A DNA stretch of 58,846 nucleotides. Source: a virus. Its lineage: Duplodnaviria > Caudoviricetes. The notes below the pieces were generated by a model. It did not search any database. It was not told the DNA's origin and saw nothing but the letters and a program-made list of their open reading frames with translations. The stretch is taken from IMG/VR virus record IMGVR_UViG_3300035670_000241, positions 1 to 58,846 of that record; one strand, 5' to 3'. The position numbers and the translations under genes were made by a program. This document shows, in pieces, positions 8,559-17,585 of the stretch (position 1 is the stretch's first letter; every line of letters starts with the position of its first letter).

Positions 8559-11500
8559 ATGGTTCGCCTTTATAACTACACGCCATCCAGTCAGCTATAC
8601 GGTTCAATTAAACCTGCAGAAACAGTAAAATCATCTGAGCCCGGACTACTCAGCAACATGGGCCGCGCAGCCGGTTCAGGCGCTTTGTCAGGTGTTGGCG
8701 GTATCTTTGATTTTGTCGGTGCAGATGGCATAGCCAAACAGTTCTATGGCTGGTCTGACGATGCACGCCAGAGCATGTCGCAGGAAGCGCAAGCGGATAT
8801 GGCAAAGCCATTTTTCAGCGAGAACGACCAAGGCGATATCCAGCTGGGCGAAGGTCTGACCGATTTAGATACCTGGCTACTGACCATGGCCAATGTGGCT
8901 GGCCAGTTTGCACCAACAGCTATTCCAGGTGCGGGCCTTGCTGGTACCGCAACCAAAGCATTAAAGCTCGGTGAAACCGGCGCCAAAATTGCGACCGCTG
9001 TTGGTATGGGCGCTACAGGTGGTGCATCTGCTACCGGCCAAGGCATGGAGCAGGCGCGCCAAGAGTGGCTGCAAATGCCGGATGAGCTCAAACTGCAATC
9101 AGACCTGTTCAAAAACACTATCCGCGAAATGAAGCAGGCCAAGCCTGAACTCGATGGTGAAGCGCTGTGGACTGAGGCTGAAAACAATGTGGCTGAACGC
9201 CTGGCAGCTGAGGTGCAGACAGATCCGAAAGTGTTACTGGCAAACTTTGCTGGCTCAGCGATTGCGGATCCAATCATCGGCCGGGCATTAACCGGTGCGC
9301 GGCTGGCGAAGTCTGGCGCGTTGCGCTCAGCACTCAAAGGCTTTGCCATCGAGGGCGGCACTGAAGCAGCTCAGGCTGGTGTGCAGGAATACGGCATCAA
9401 TCAGGCGCTGTCTCAGGTCGATGGCCGCGACCCGATGGATGGTGTTGCGGTTGCGGCGCTTAATGAAGGTGTGGCAGGCGGCACGCTCGGCGCTGCAGCT
9501 GGTGGTGTAGGTGGCTTATTAAATCGCAAGCAGGAAGAACCTGTGCGCGATCCGGAAGCTGACGCTATCCGCGATAAGAACCCAGACTTGGCAAGCGCAT
9601 TCGATGGCATGGCGCAGTCAGCCGCGCAGCGCGAAGCTGATTTACAAAGCATCATTGGCGGCATGCCGGCTATCAGCCAGCCAGTGCTTGAAGGTGAGCT
9701 GCTGGATCCGGAGCAGGCACCAGGCCCGAACTATAATCCGAATCAGATTGGCATGCAGCCGCGCATTGGTGGCCCGACAATCCCCCGTATTGAACAGAAA
9801 GACATTATCTTTGCTGCCGATGGCCGCACTGAAGCCGAGCGCAATCCAGCAATGGAAGGTGAGTGGTTAAGCCCAGAGCAGAGAGCCAATGCAGCTGCAG
9901 GCTTTATTGAGAATGCACCTATTGATCTGGAATCTGAGCAGGTCAAACAGGCAAAAGCTGAAATGGAGCGCATGCGCAATCAGCCGCGCCAAATCACTGA
10001 TAAAAATATCATCTTCACCGGTGATGGTCGGCCGCAGCAGGCGGCGCAGGAGTTTACCGATAACCTGCAGCGCCAGGCTAATCAAGCCGCATCAGTTCCG
10101 CGCCTGCCGCAAAAGGACATCATTTTTGCCGGTGATCAATCCGGTGTTCGCGTCAAAGGAAACGGGCAGGTATATCAGTCAGCTCGTGAAGCGATGACCA
10201 GCAAACAGGCCCGCGCAATGAAGCGCAGCGGCACGCCAGTAGAAGCCGTTCCATTTGGTGATGGCTGGGGCTGGCGCGTGAAGGAATCGCAGCCAGAGCA
10301 AATGCAGCAGCCTGATATTCAGCCAGAGCAAACGGTTCAGCCGGTTGAGCCTGCACCTATTCAGTTGATGAAAAGCGGCCGACCATTCAGCACTCAAGCC
10401 ATGATGCTCAAAAGTGCCAGCTACAAAGAAGCTGCCGCCACAGGCGCAGAGCTGGAACCAGTTAAAGTCGAAGGTGGCTATGGTTTCCGGGTGAAAGTAG
10501 CTCCAGCTGCCGACTTGTCTGGTGGTGCGATTAATGATGAGTGGACCGCGTTTGCAGATGATTCCGGTACCTTAAAAATTCCCCGGGCAGAGATGCCACA
10601 AATTAAAGCTGAGCATCGTGGCGCAATGACACAGTTCTTAAAGGCGCGCGGAGTCAGCCATGAACAAGACACCGTTCCGGCCGCAGGACTGAAACCAACG
10701 CAGGCAGAGTTTTCTCCATCGAAGGTTGCCAAGGCAATGGAATTCGACGGCGGCGATCGGTCAATCCTTGTTTCGTCAGACGGCTATGTTCTGGATGGTC
10801 ATCATCAATGGCTGGCTAAGCGTGAGCGAGGGGAAGAAGTTGATATCATCCGTTTTGATGCCCCAATCGCTGAGCTGGTGAAACAGGCTCATGAATTCCC
10901 AAGCTCGACTGTTGCCGATGGTGCTAATATCGAAAGTAACATCGAATCCGGAACCAACAATCCAGATGACACAATCAAAAACCAAGAAGGCAGCGGCGCC
11001 CAGCAAGGCGGATTGTTCACCGCAGGCAATGCAGGCGCTTCTGAAAGTGGGACGCAATCTGGCCAAGAGCGACAAGGATCTAGTGCTGAACGCTCTAATG
11101 GACCAGATCCAGAGCAACCAGAAAAGCCAGCAGTAACAACTGAACCAGCTACCCAGACCCCGGCCGATGCCGGGGTTTCTGTTTCTGAGCCATTGGAACG
11201 TATTGACGACTTTGGCGAGAAGCTTGGTGGTGCTCGCAAAGATGTTTGGGCCGGCTTCTCTGAGGCAGTAAGCGGCGAAGTTGATACAAGAGAGCTGCCG
11301 CTGTCTAAATCATTCCCTGAGCCAGACTATGTGAAGATGGCTGCAGATGGCGTATCAATGGAAACGCTGGCCATCATTGCAGCTATGCGCTCTGAAATTC
11401 CAGCTAAGCCGCGTGTCTCATACAAAGTCAGGCGCTGGGCTGAGAAAGTTGATGTATTGCGTAACTTTGCCCGTGATCTGATTAGCGGCGAACTGACGCC

Positions 11501-14500
11501 GGACCAAGTGATTGCTGCTATGTCCAAAAGTGGCGGCGAACTTCAGGCGATGGCTGATGCTATCCCTGCAATCGCTCAGGCCAATCCTGAAACTATCAAG
11601 CTTGCTGCAAAGTACCGGCTTGGCTCGGGTTCATTCAGCATGTTCCGTGGCAAGCAGTACAGCCCATCTAAAACCTTTTACTACCCACAAAATGGCGGTA
11701 CAGAAATTCTTGATCTGGCCAGTCCAGATAAACAGGGCGCTCTGGATAACCTGGTGAAACTGATCAAGGCTGAAGCTGCAGCAAATCCTGACACTGCAGG
11801 GCAAAAGCAAAGCAAGATCTCAATCTATAGCGACCGCTATACGAAGCAAATCTACCTTGGATGGGCAGGTGGCAGCGGCGTGCTGCGGATCCAAGATTTC
11901 GCTACGGTCAACGAAGCGCGTGAGTATCTAAAATCAAACCGCGCTGATGTCGAAGCCAAACTGAAGCAACTTAAGCAAGTGCCTGAAATGCGCCGGCCAG
12001 AGAATCGTAAGCGGGTTGGACCTCCGCACTATGCAGGCAGCATAACTCCTGCAATTTTTGCAGATACCTTTGGTTTTAGAGGCGTTGAGTTTGGTAATTG
12101 GGTAGAGCAGGGGAAGCGGCAGCGAGATCTTAACGAAGCCTATGATGCGCTCATGGATCTTGCCGATGTACTTGGCGTCCCGCCAAAAGCACTGGCTTTA
12201 AATGGCGAGCTTGGCATGGCATTCGGTGCTCGCGGAAAAGGCGCTGCAACAACTATTAAAGCTGCTGCTCACTACGAGCCGTCTTATGTGGCAATCAATT
12301 TAACCAAAGAGTCAGGGGCCGGTTCGCTGGCACATGAATGGTGGCACGCGGTTGATAACTACTTTGCGCGACTGTCTGGTAATCCAAACAGCTTTGTGAC
12401 CGAAGGCGGCAACATCCGTGGTGGTGACTTGCGGCAAGAAGTACGCGATGCTTTCACAGCACTCATTTTGGCTATTCGAAAAACCAAGATGTTCCAGCGT
12501 GCATCAACGCTTGATTCGCGGCGTAGTAAGCCTTACTGGTCGTCAGAAATCGAAGCATCAGCCAGATCCTTTGAAACATTCATCATTGCAGAACTGGAAG
12601 CTAAAGGGTTTAGCAATGACTACCTGGCAAACGTAGTTGATCCGGAAGTGTGGGGCGCAGTCGAATCAGCAGAGCAGACTTACCCGTACCCAACCAAGGC
12701 TGAGCAGGAGATCATCAATCCAGCTTTCAGGGCATTCTTTGATACGCTGCAGACCAAAGAGACCGACAAAGGTGTGATGCTGTTCAGCAAACAAAACACC
12801 ATCAAAGCTAAGCCGGCGCGCGGCGTGAACGCCAAACTGGCTAAACAGATGGTGTCCAACATCATGCAGCGCCTGAACGGTGCGGCCGGCATTAAAGTTG
12901 TCGTGCTGGAGACTCAGGCCGAAGCCGAAAAACTCTGGCAGATGTCACTGTCTGGCGACCTGGTACGTGGTGCCTACAACCGTGCAACCAATACCGCCTA
13001 TGTGATTGCTGAAAACGTGAAGTCACTGGATGAATTGCGGGAAGTGGTGGCGCACGAAGTCATTGGCCATGGTGGCCTGCAGAATGTGATCAGCAAAGCC
13101 GATTACACCGCATTCATTGACCGCCTGAAACAGACTCGGAACAACCGAGCCTTTGCAAAGCAGTGGGTCCAGATTGATAACGACTATGACGGATTTAGCG
13201 AAAACGACAAAGCCGAGGAACTGTTCGCCTACTTTGTTCAGAATAAGCCAGTCACCGGCCCTGTGAAGTTCTGGTGGAATGCACTCAAACGGTTCCTGCA
13301 CAAAGCATTGGTATCAGTCGGCCTGGCGAAAGCCGGGGATCCGGATGTTGAGGCTATGCAGGATATGCTGGATTCGATTAGTGCCGGATTTATGTTTAGT
13401 CGGAATCAGTCCGATTCAACATCGGAACGCGCAGTTTTATTTAGTAGGGTGCCTGATTCAGCTCCAATCGTTGAACTAGGCAATTCAACAATCAACATTG
13501 GAACACTAAAAGAGATGGTTGTTGCTGCTCGCGAATATGCAAAAGCGCATTTAGCAGGAAAGACATTCATCAATAAAGATACTGGCCATGCCGTAAGTGT
13601 TTCTATGACGGGCGTACGACACACTTTATCAGGTGCGCAAGCAGATCTAATTTCATCAATCGAAGCAATTCCCGAACTCATTGAAAGGTCGATTTATATC
13701 GGCTCGGAACCTGACGCAAAAAGAGCAGAGTCTGGACTAATCTTCCACTACTACGCCGCGAAACTAAGCGTGGATTCTCGAGTTCATGATGTGATTACGG
13801 TTGTGCGGGAGGCTGAGGATGGTAAACGGTACTACGACCATTCGTTTGAAAGAAAAACGGACGCTCAATCTGCCTTGCCGTCAAATGCAGGGAATCAAGC
13901 GTCCGAATCCAACGATGCAAATGCACCGTCGGATGAAAGTATAAATCATGAACAGACCGGCTACAAGTTCAGCAAAGCACGCACCACTGAACAAGCCGAT
14001 GCGCTGGACAAACTGGGCCTTGGTGAAGAAGATGCAGAAACAATAGCCGAGCAAGCCAAGCGCCGGGCCAATGAAACTGTCGAAACGCTGAAAAGCAGCT
14101 CATTCTGGAAGCGACTGAATGAAGGTATCTTCGATGGCCTTGCCGGTATCAAACAGGCTGAGGAAGCCGCTGGCATCACGGATCCGAACAAACAGGGCTA
14201 TGTGTCTGCTCGCCTTGCGTCCGGCCTGTCCGATATTCTGCACGGCGTTTTCCACTACGGCGCACCAGTCTGGAAAGATGGCGTTGTGCAGCGTAAGGCT
14301 GATACCAAAGGCCTCCTGGAAGTTTTCGGCATGCTGGGCGATGACCTGAACGAATGGCTTGCATGGATGGGTGCTAATCGAGCAGAGCGCTTAATGGCTG
14401 AAGGCCGCGAGAACAATCTGAGTCAGGCAGATATCGATGAACTCAAAGCGATGGCTGCTGGCAAAGAAGATCTGTTTGAACAGGTCCGGCAGGAATACAA

Positions 14501-16571
14501 CAAGATCAACAGCGCTATCATCGACCTGGCTGAAGAGGCTGGACTTATCAGTGCAGAGCAGCGCGGCGGCTTTGATGAAGAGTGGTACGTGCCATTTTTC
14601 CGCAACATGGAAAACGAAGTGGATCCGGAAATGTCCGGAATTGCAGCCATGGTGCATGGCCCGCGCAGCCGCAAAGGTATTGCCGGCCAGTCAGCGCAAA
14701 TCAAAGAGCTGAAAGGTGGGCGCCAGTCGACCAAAGACTTGCTTGAAAACATCATCGCCAGACAGTCGACCATGATTGATGCAGCCATCAAGAACAAAGC
14801 GATGGCGGAAGTGGTGAGCAATCTGGAAGGCACGCCGTTTATGCAGGCAGTTGATAGCCCCGACATTGCGGCGCTAAGTCAGACTGAGCTGAACCTGCTG
14901 CAGAAAGTGAAGGTGATGCGCAACGGCAAAGCGGAGGCCTATACAGTCACGGATCCGGCGCTGCTGCGCGGCCTGCTGCAAATCCACACCATCGGCAACC
15001 AGTCTCTGTTTAACCGCATGGCCCGCAGTGCTAAGCGATTCCTGACCGCTGGTATCACATTATCGCCTGACTTCATCATCAAGAACTTTGTGCGCGATGC
15101 GGCACACGCCTGGATGATCAACAAAGACGGTTTCCGCTTTGGCGCTGACTCAGTTGCCGGACTTCGCAAAGCTTTTGCCGAGGATGAGGCGTACCGAGAT
15201 CTGATTTTCTCTGGTGCTGCATTCCAAGGTGGTTATGTGCATGGCGCAGACCCGGAGGCTGCAGCGCAGCAGGTTCGCCGGGCACTTCGCAGTAAAGGTC
15301 TGGGCGAGGCTGATATCCAGTCATACATGGACAGCCTGATCACAAAAGGTGGTCAGCTGCTGGAAGCGTACCGCACTGCGTCAGATAAGGTGGAGAACGC
15401 CAACCGGCTGAGCACGTATGAAGCTGCATTGGCCAGCGGTAAGTCGCGCCGGCAGGCTGCGTATGAGGCGAAAGACCTGATGGACTATTCGCTCAAAGGC
15501 AACTTTGCACTGATTGGCACCATGATTGATATGCTGCCGTTCTTCAATGCCCGGCTGCAGGGCATGAGCAAACTGGTCCGAGCCATGAAAGCCGGTGATG
15601 GTGACCGCGTACTGAAAGTGCTGAGCGCCAATCTGGCAATGAAGGGTTTGAAGGTTGCCGCATTCAGCCTGGCACTGGCTGCAATGAATGACGACGACGA
15701 GCGTTATCAGGAATTGCCGGACTGGGATAAAGACGCAAACTGGCACTTCTTTATTGGTGATGAACACTTCCGGATCCCGAAACCTTTCGAGCTAGGTATT
15801 CTGTTCGGCACCATGCCAGAACGGATGTTCCACTATGCGGCCGGCAGTCAGCCTGGCAGTGACTTAGGCAAAGCCGCGGCGCATGCTGTTTGGAATACGC
15901 TGGCACTAAACCCAATCCCGCAGCTGGCACTGCCAGTAGTTGAAGTGATGACGAACAAGTCATTCTTCAAAGGCAGTCAGATTGAAGGTATGGGCGATGC
16001 ACAGCGTAAGCCAGAGGACCGGTATAACGCCTACACCAGCGAAACGGCCAAACAGATTGGCGCTGCCTTTGGTGTTAGCCCGAAAATGGTCGAGCACTTG
16101 ATCCTCGGTTACACCGGCACCCTGGGTGGTTATATCCTTGGCATGTCCGACATTGCCGCGCGGCAGATGCTGGGCATTGAAGCTGCTGATACACCAATCA
16201 GCCGTTATCCGGTGATTAAAGCGTTCTATCAGGGCGATGCACCGAAAACCGCTACCAAGTTCCAGGATGAATTTTACAAGGCACTGGAGGAAGCCACCGA
16301 AGCGCACGGCAGTTATAAGCGTGCAGTGGAGGAAGGTAATGTGGTGCGGCAGCAAGATCTGAAGGAATCGGAGTCATTGGCACTTGGCGCCCGGGTTGCG
16401 CTGAACCGGATCCAACGTCGATTGAGTGAACTGAATAAGCAGGCAGAGCTGGTGAACAATAACCAAAGCCTGAGCGGTACGCAAAAGCGGCAGAAATTGG
16501 ACGACATTACTAAGCGCAAAAACGAGCTGTATCAAAACGCCTATCTGCGGTACAAGCTGGGTGAGTGGTGA
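8559..16571 (+). CDS. Giant polyvalent ejection protein (~2670 aa): ParB-like, LPD5/LPD1-like, zincin-like, LPD3-like and LPD38-like domains
   Basis: Motifs IPRAEMPQI..DGHHQW; DFGEKLGGARKD; FRGVEFGNW..AHEWWHAVD; HEVIGHGGL; FINKDTG..YYDH; RIPKPFELG. ATG at 8559 has an AAGGA RBS. Confidence 0.8.
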   Translation: MVRLYNYTPSSQLYGSIKPAETVKSSEPGLLSNMGRAAGSGALSGVGGIFDFVGADGIAKQFYGWSDDARQSMSQEAQADMAKPFFSENDQGDIQLGEGLTDLDTWLLTMANVAGQFAPTAIPGAGLAGTATKALKLGETGAKIATAVGMGATGGASATGQGMEQARQEWLQMPDELKLQSDLFKNTIREMKQAKPELDGEALWTEAENNVAERLAAEVQTDPKVLLANFAGSAIADPIIGRALTGARLAKSGALRSALKGFAIEGGTEAAQAGVQEYGINQALSQVDGRDPMDGVAVAALNEGVAGGTLGAAAGGVGGLLNRKQEEPVRDPEADAIRDKNPDLASAFDGMAQSAAQREADLQSIIGGMPAISQPVLEGELLDPEQAPGPNYNPNQIGMQPRIGGPTIPRIEQKDIIFAADGRTEAERNPAMEGEWLSPEQRANAAAGFIENAPIDLESEQVKQAKAEMERMRNQPRQITDKNIIFTGDGRPQQAAQEFTDNLQRQANQAASVPRLPQKDIIFAGDQSGVRVKGNGQVYQSAREAMTSKQARAMKRSGTPVEAVPFGDGWGWRVKESQPEQMQQPDIQPEQTVQPVEPAPIQLMKSGRPFSTQAMMLKSASYKEAAATGAELEPVKVEGGYGFRVKVAPAADLSGGAINDEWTAFADDSGTLKIPRAEMPQIKAEHRGAMTQFLKARGVSHEQDTVPAAGLKPTQAEFSPSKVAKAMEFDGGDRSILVSSDGYVLDGHHQWLAKRERGEEVDIIRFDAPIAELVKQAHEFPSSTVADGANIESNIESGTNNPDDTIKNQEGSGAQQGGLFTAGNAGASESGTQSGQERQGSSAERSNGPDPEQPEKPAVTTEPATQTPADAGVSVSEPLERIDDFGEKLGGARKDVWAGFSEAVSGEVDTRELPLSKSFPEPDYVKMAADGVSMETLAIIAAMRSEIPAKPRVSYKVRRWAEKVDVLRNFARDLISGELTPDQVIAAMSKSGGELQAMADAIPAIAQANPETIKLAAKYRLGSGSFSMFRGKQYSPSKTFYYPQNGGTEILDLASPDKQGALDNLVKLIKAEAAANPDTAGQKQSKISIYSDRYTKQIYLGWAGGSGVLRIQDFATVNEAREYLKSNRADVEAKLKQLKQVPEMRRPENRKRVGPPHYAGSITPAIFADTFGFRGVEFGNWVEQGKRQRDLNEAYDALMDLADVLGVPPKALALNGELGMAFGARGKGAATTIKAAAHYEPSYVAINLTKESGAGSLAHEWWHAVDNYFARLSGNPNSFVTEGGNIRGGDLRQEVRDAFTALILAIRKTKMFQRASTLDSRRSKPYWSSEIEASARSFETFIIAELEAKGFSNDYLANVVDPEVWGAVESAEQTYPYPTKAEQEIINPAFRAFFDTLQTKETDKGVMLFSKQNTIKAKPARGVNAKLAKQMVSNIMQRLNGAAGIKVVVLETQAEAEKLWQMSLSGDLVRGAYNRATNTAYVIAENVKSLDELREVVAHEVIGHGGLQNVISKADYTAFIDRLKQTRNNRAFAKQWVQIDNDYDGFSENDKAEELFAYFVQNKPVTGPVKFWWNALKRFLHKALVSVGLAKAGDPDVEAMQDMLDSISAGFMFSRNQSDSTSERAVLFSRVPDSAPIVELGNSTINIGTLKEMVVAAREYAKAHLAGKTFINKDTGHAVSVSMTGVRHTLSGAQADLISSIEAIPELIERSIYIGSEPDAKRAESGLIFHYYAAKLSVDSRVHDVITVVREAEDGKRYYDHSFERKTDAQSALPSNAGNQASESNDANAPSDESINHEQTGYKFSKARTTEQADALDKLGLGEEDAETIAEQAKRRANETVETLKSSSFWKRLNEGIFDGLAGIKQAEEAAGITDPNKQGYVSARLASGLSDILHGVFHYGAPVWKDGVVQRKADTKGLLEVFGMLGDDLNEWLAWMGANRAERLMAEGRENNLSQADIDELKAMAAGKEDLFEQVRQEYNKINSAIIDLAEEAGLISAEQRGGFDEEWYVPFFRNMENEVDPEMSGIAAMVHGPRSRKGIAGQSAQIKELKGGRQSTKDLLENIIARQSTMIDAAIKNKAMAEVVSNLEGTPFMQAVDSPDIAALSQTELNLLQKVKVMRNGKAEAYTVTDPALLRGLLQIHTIGNQSLFNRMARSAKRFLTAGITLSPDFIIKNFVRDAAHAWMINKDGFRFGADSVAGLRKAFAEDEAYRDLIFSGAAFQGGYVHGADPEAAAQQVRRALRSKGLGEADIQSYMDSLITKGGQLLEAYRTASDKVENANRLSTYEAALASGKSRRQAAYEAKDLMDYSLKGNFALIGTMIDMLPFFNARLQGMSKLVRAMKAGDGDRVLKVLSANLAMKGLKVAAFSLALAAMNDDDERYQELPDWDKDANWHFFIGDEHFRIPKPFELGILFGTMPERMFHYAAGSQPGSDLGKAAAHAVWNTLALNPIPQLALPVVEVMTNKSFFKGSQIEGMGDAQRKPEDRYNAYTSETAKQIGAAFGVSPKMVEHLILGYTGTLGGYILGMSDIAARQMLGIEAADTPISRYPVIKAFYQGDAPKTATKFQDEFYKALEEATEAHGSYKRAVEEGNVVRQQDLKESESLALGARVALNRIQRRLSELNKQAELVNNNQSLSGTQKRQKLDDITKRKNELYQNAYLRYKLGEW

Positions 16572-16622
16572 TTCATCTTGAACTAATTGCCAGTAAATAT
16601 GCACCCGTAGCATATTAAATTT

Positions 16623-16740
16623 CTATCGCAACAAATCGATAGCAGTCTTGAAAGCCTTATAAATCAACGCTGAACGATTTGTAGCGAGAAAAAAAATCTG
16701 CGAAAGAATAGGAGTCCCTTAATTTTAGGAGACTCCTATC
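16623..16740 (+). ncRNA. Structured leader / C4-CI-like antisense RNA candidate with an RBS-occluding hairpin
   Basis: Hairpin CTATCG-CAACAAAT-CGATAG; 12/13 complementary site at 16675-16687; hairpin 16708-16739 covers AGGAG. Confidence 0.4.
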
Positions 16741-16956
16741 ATGCAGCGATTCATTCAATTAGATATCGAAACTTATACTGAGTTGGCCAACAGAATTTTC
16801 GAAGCTGAAATATTTTTAGAAATGCTCTTTGAGCGTGACGAGCTACAAACTGTGGCCTTGTCTAAGTCGCTATTTCTCATTGGAAAAGCATTGGAGTCGC
16901 TTAACAACGCTAGAGAACTGATTGAACCTTCAACTGAAAGTGTTGGAAATAAATAG
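16741..16956 (+). CDS. Small hypothetical protein
   Basis: AGGAG SD upstream; AT-rich 71-aa ORF. Confidence 0.55.
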   Translation: MQRFIQLDIETYTELANRIFEAEIFLEMLFERDELQTVALSKSLFLIGKALESLNNARELIEPSTESVGNK

Positions 16957-17154
16957 TACCACCATGCCGATCAGGCCAGACAATAAGAATAGGTTTTCAG
17001 CTTGTTCGCGCTGCCTGGCTCCCTTCCTTCCGCCCCAATCCCCGAACCCGATATAAAGTCCAATCCCGATCATCGGCAGGCCAATCAACCAGGTCAGGTT
17101 CTGGCCGGCTGCAAATCCGCTAATAACTAAAACAAGCATGATGATAATGTGCAT
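16930..17154 (-). CDS. Small membrane protein (2-3 TM segments)
   Basis: Hydrophobic MHIIIMLVLVISGF.. and LIGLPMIGIGLYIG segments; start could be 17190. Confidence 0.55.
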   Translation of the reverse strand: MHIIIMLVLVISGFAAGQNLTWLIGLPMIGIGLYIGFGDWGGRKGARQREQAENLFLLSGLIGMVVLFISNTFS

Positions 17155-17239
17155 CGTGAACCCACCTGCATAACACTGTTCATTAAACATACCTATGCCA
17201 TGGCTAAGTTCAACACCCTGGGTGAGTGAATTATAAATT

Positions 17240-17570
17240 TTGAGCGAAGGCAGAAAACAGGTATTATGCCGCCCGGGTTACTGAGTCACTTTGAGTAGTG
17301 ACTACAGAAATGTGTACAGAATCCACATTACCCCGGCACTGAAAAGGCCAGAAAGCCAGTAAATACAACAACTTGATATATGACGCCGTTATTTTGGCTC
17401 AGAATAACGGACAGCATTTCAAGAGTTTGCATAACCTTTCACACGTTACCACTACCACTTGCCAAGCCCCTGTTTTTGCTGAATATTGAAATTGCAGTTC
17501 TGTGCAGAACATTTCACAGGATTGCATCTACATTCAATGAAAGTGTGTACATACCTGTGTACATAATTTT
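17240..17570. mobile_element. attP-like region
   Basis: Tandem TGTGTACATA repeats at 17544-17553 and 17556-17565 plus TGTGTACAGA at 17311 (arm-type); IHF-consensus TATCAAGTTGTTG on minus strand at 17366-17378; inverted repeat 17386-17410; directly upstream of int. Confidence 0.6.
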
Positions 17571-17585
17571 GAGGGTGAAACGGAA

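Noticed and set aside
8744-9361. Long antisense ORFs (also 25963-26454, 33556-34197, 42250-42732, 50478-50960)
   Set aside because: Fully nested opposite well-supported genes with no recognisable motifs; codon-bias shadows
17176-17191. Second SOS box (CTGTTCATTAAACATA)
   Set aside because: The right half-site and spacing do not fit CTGT-N8-ACAG
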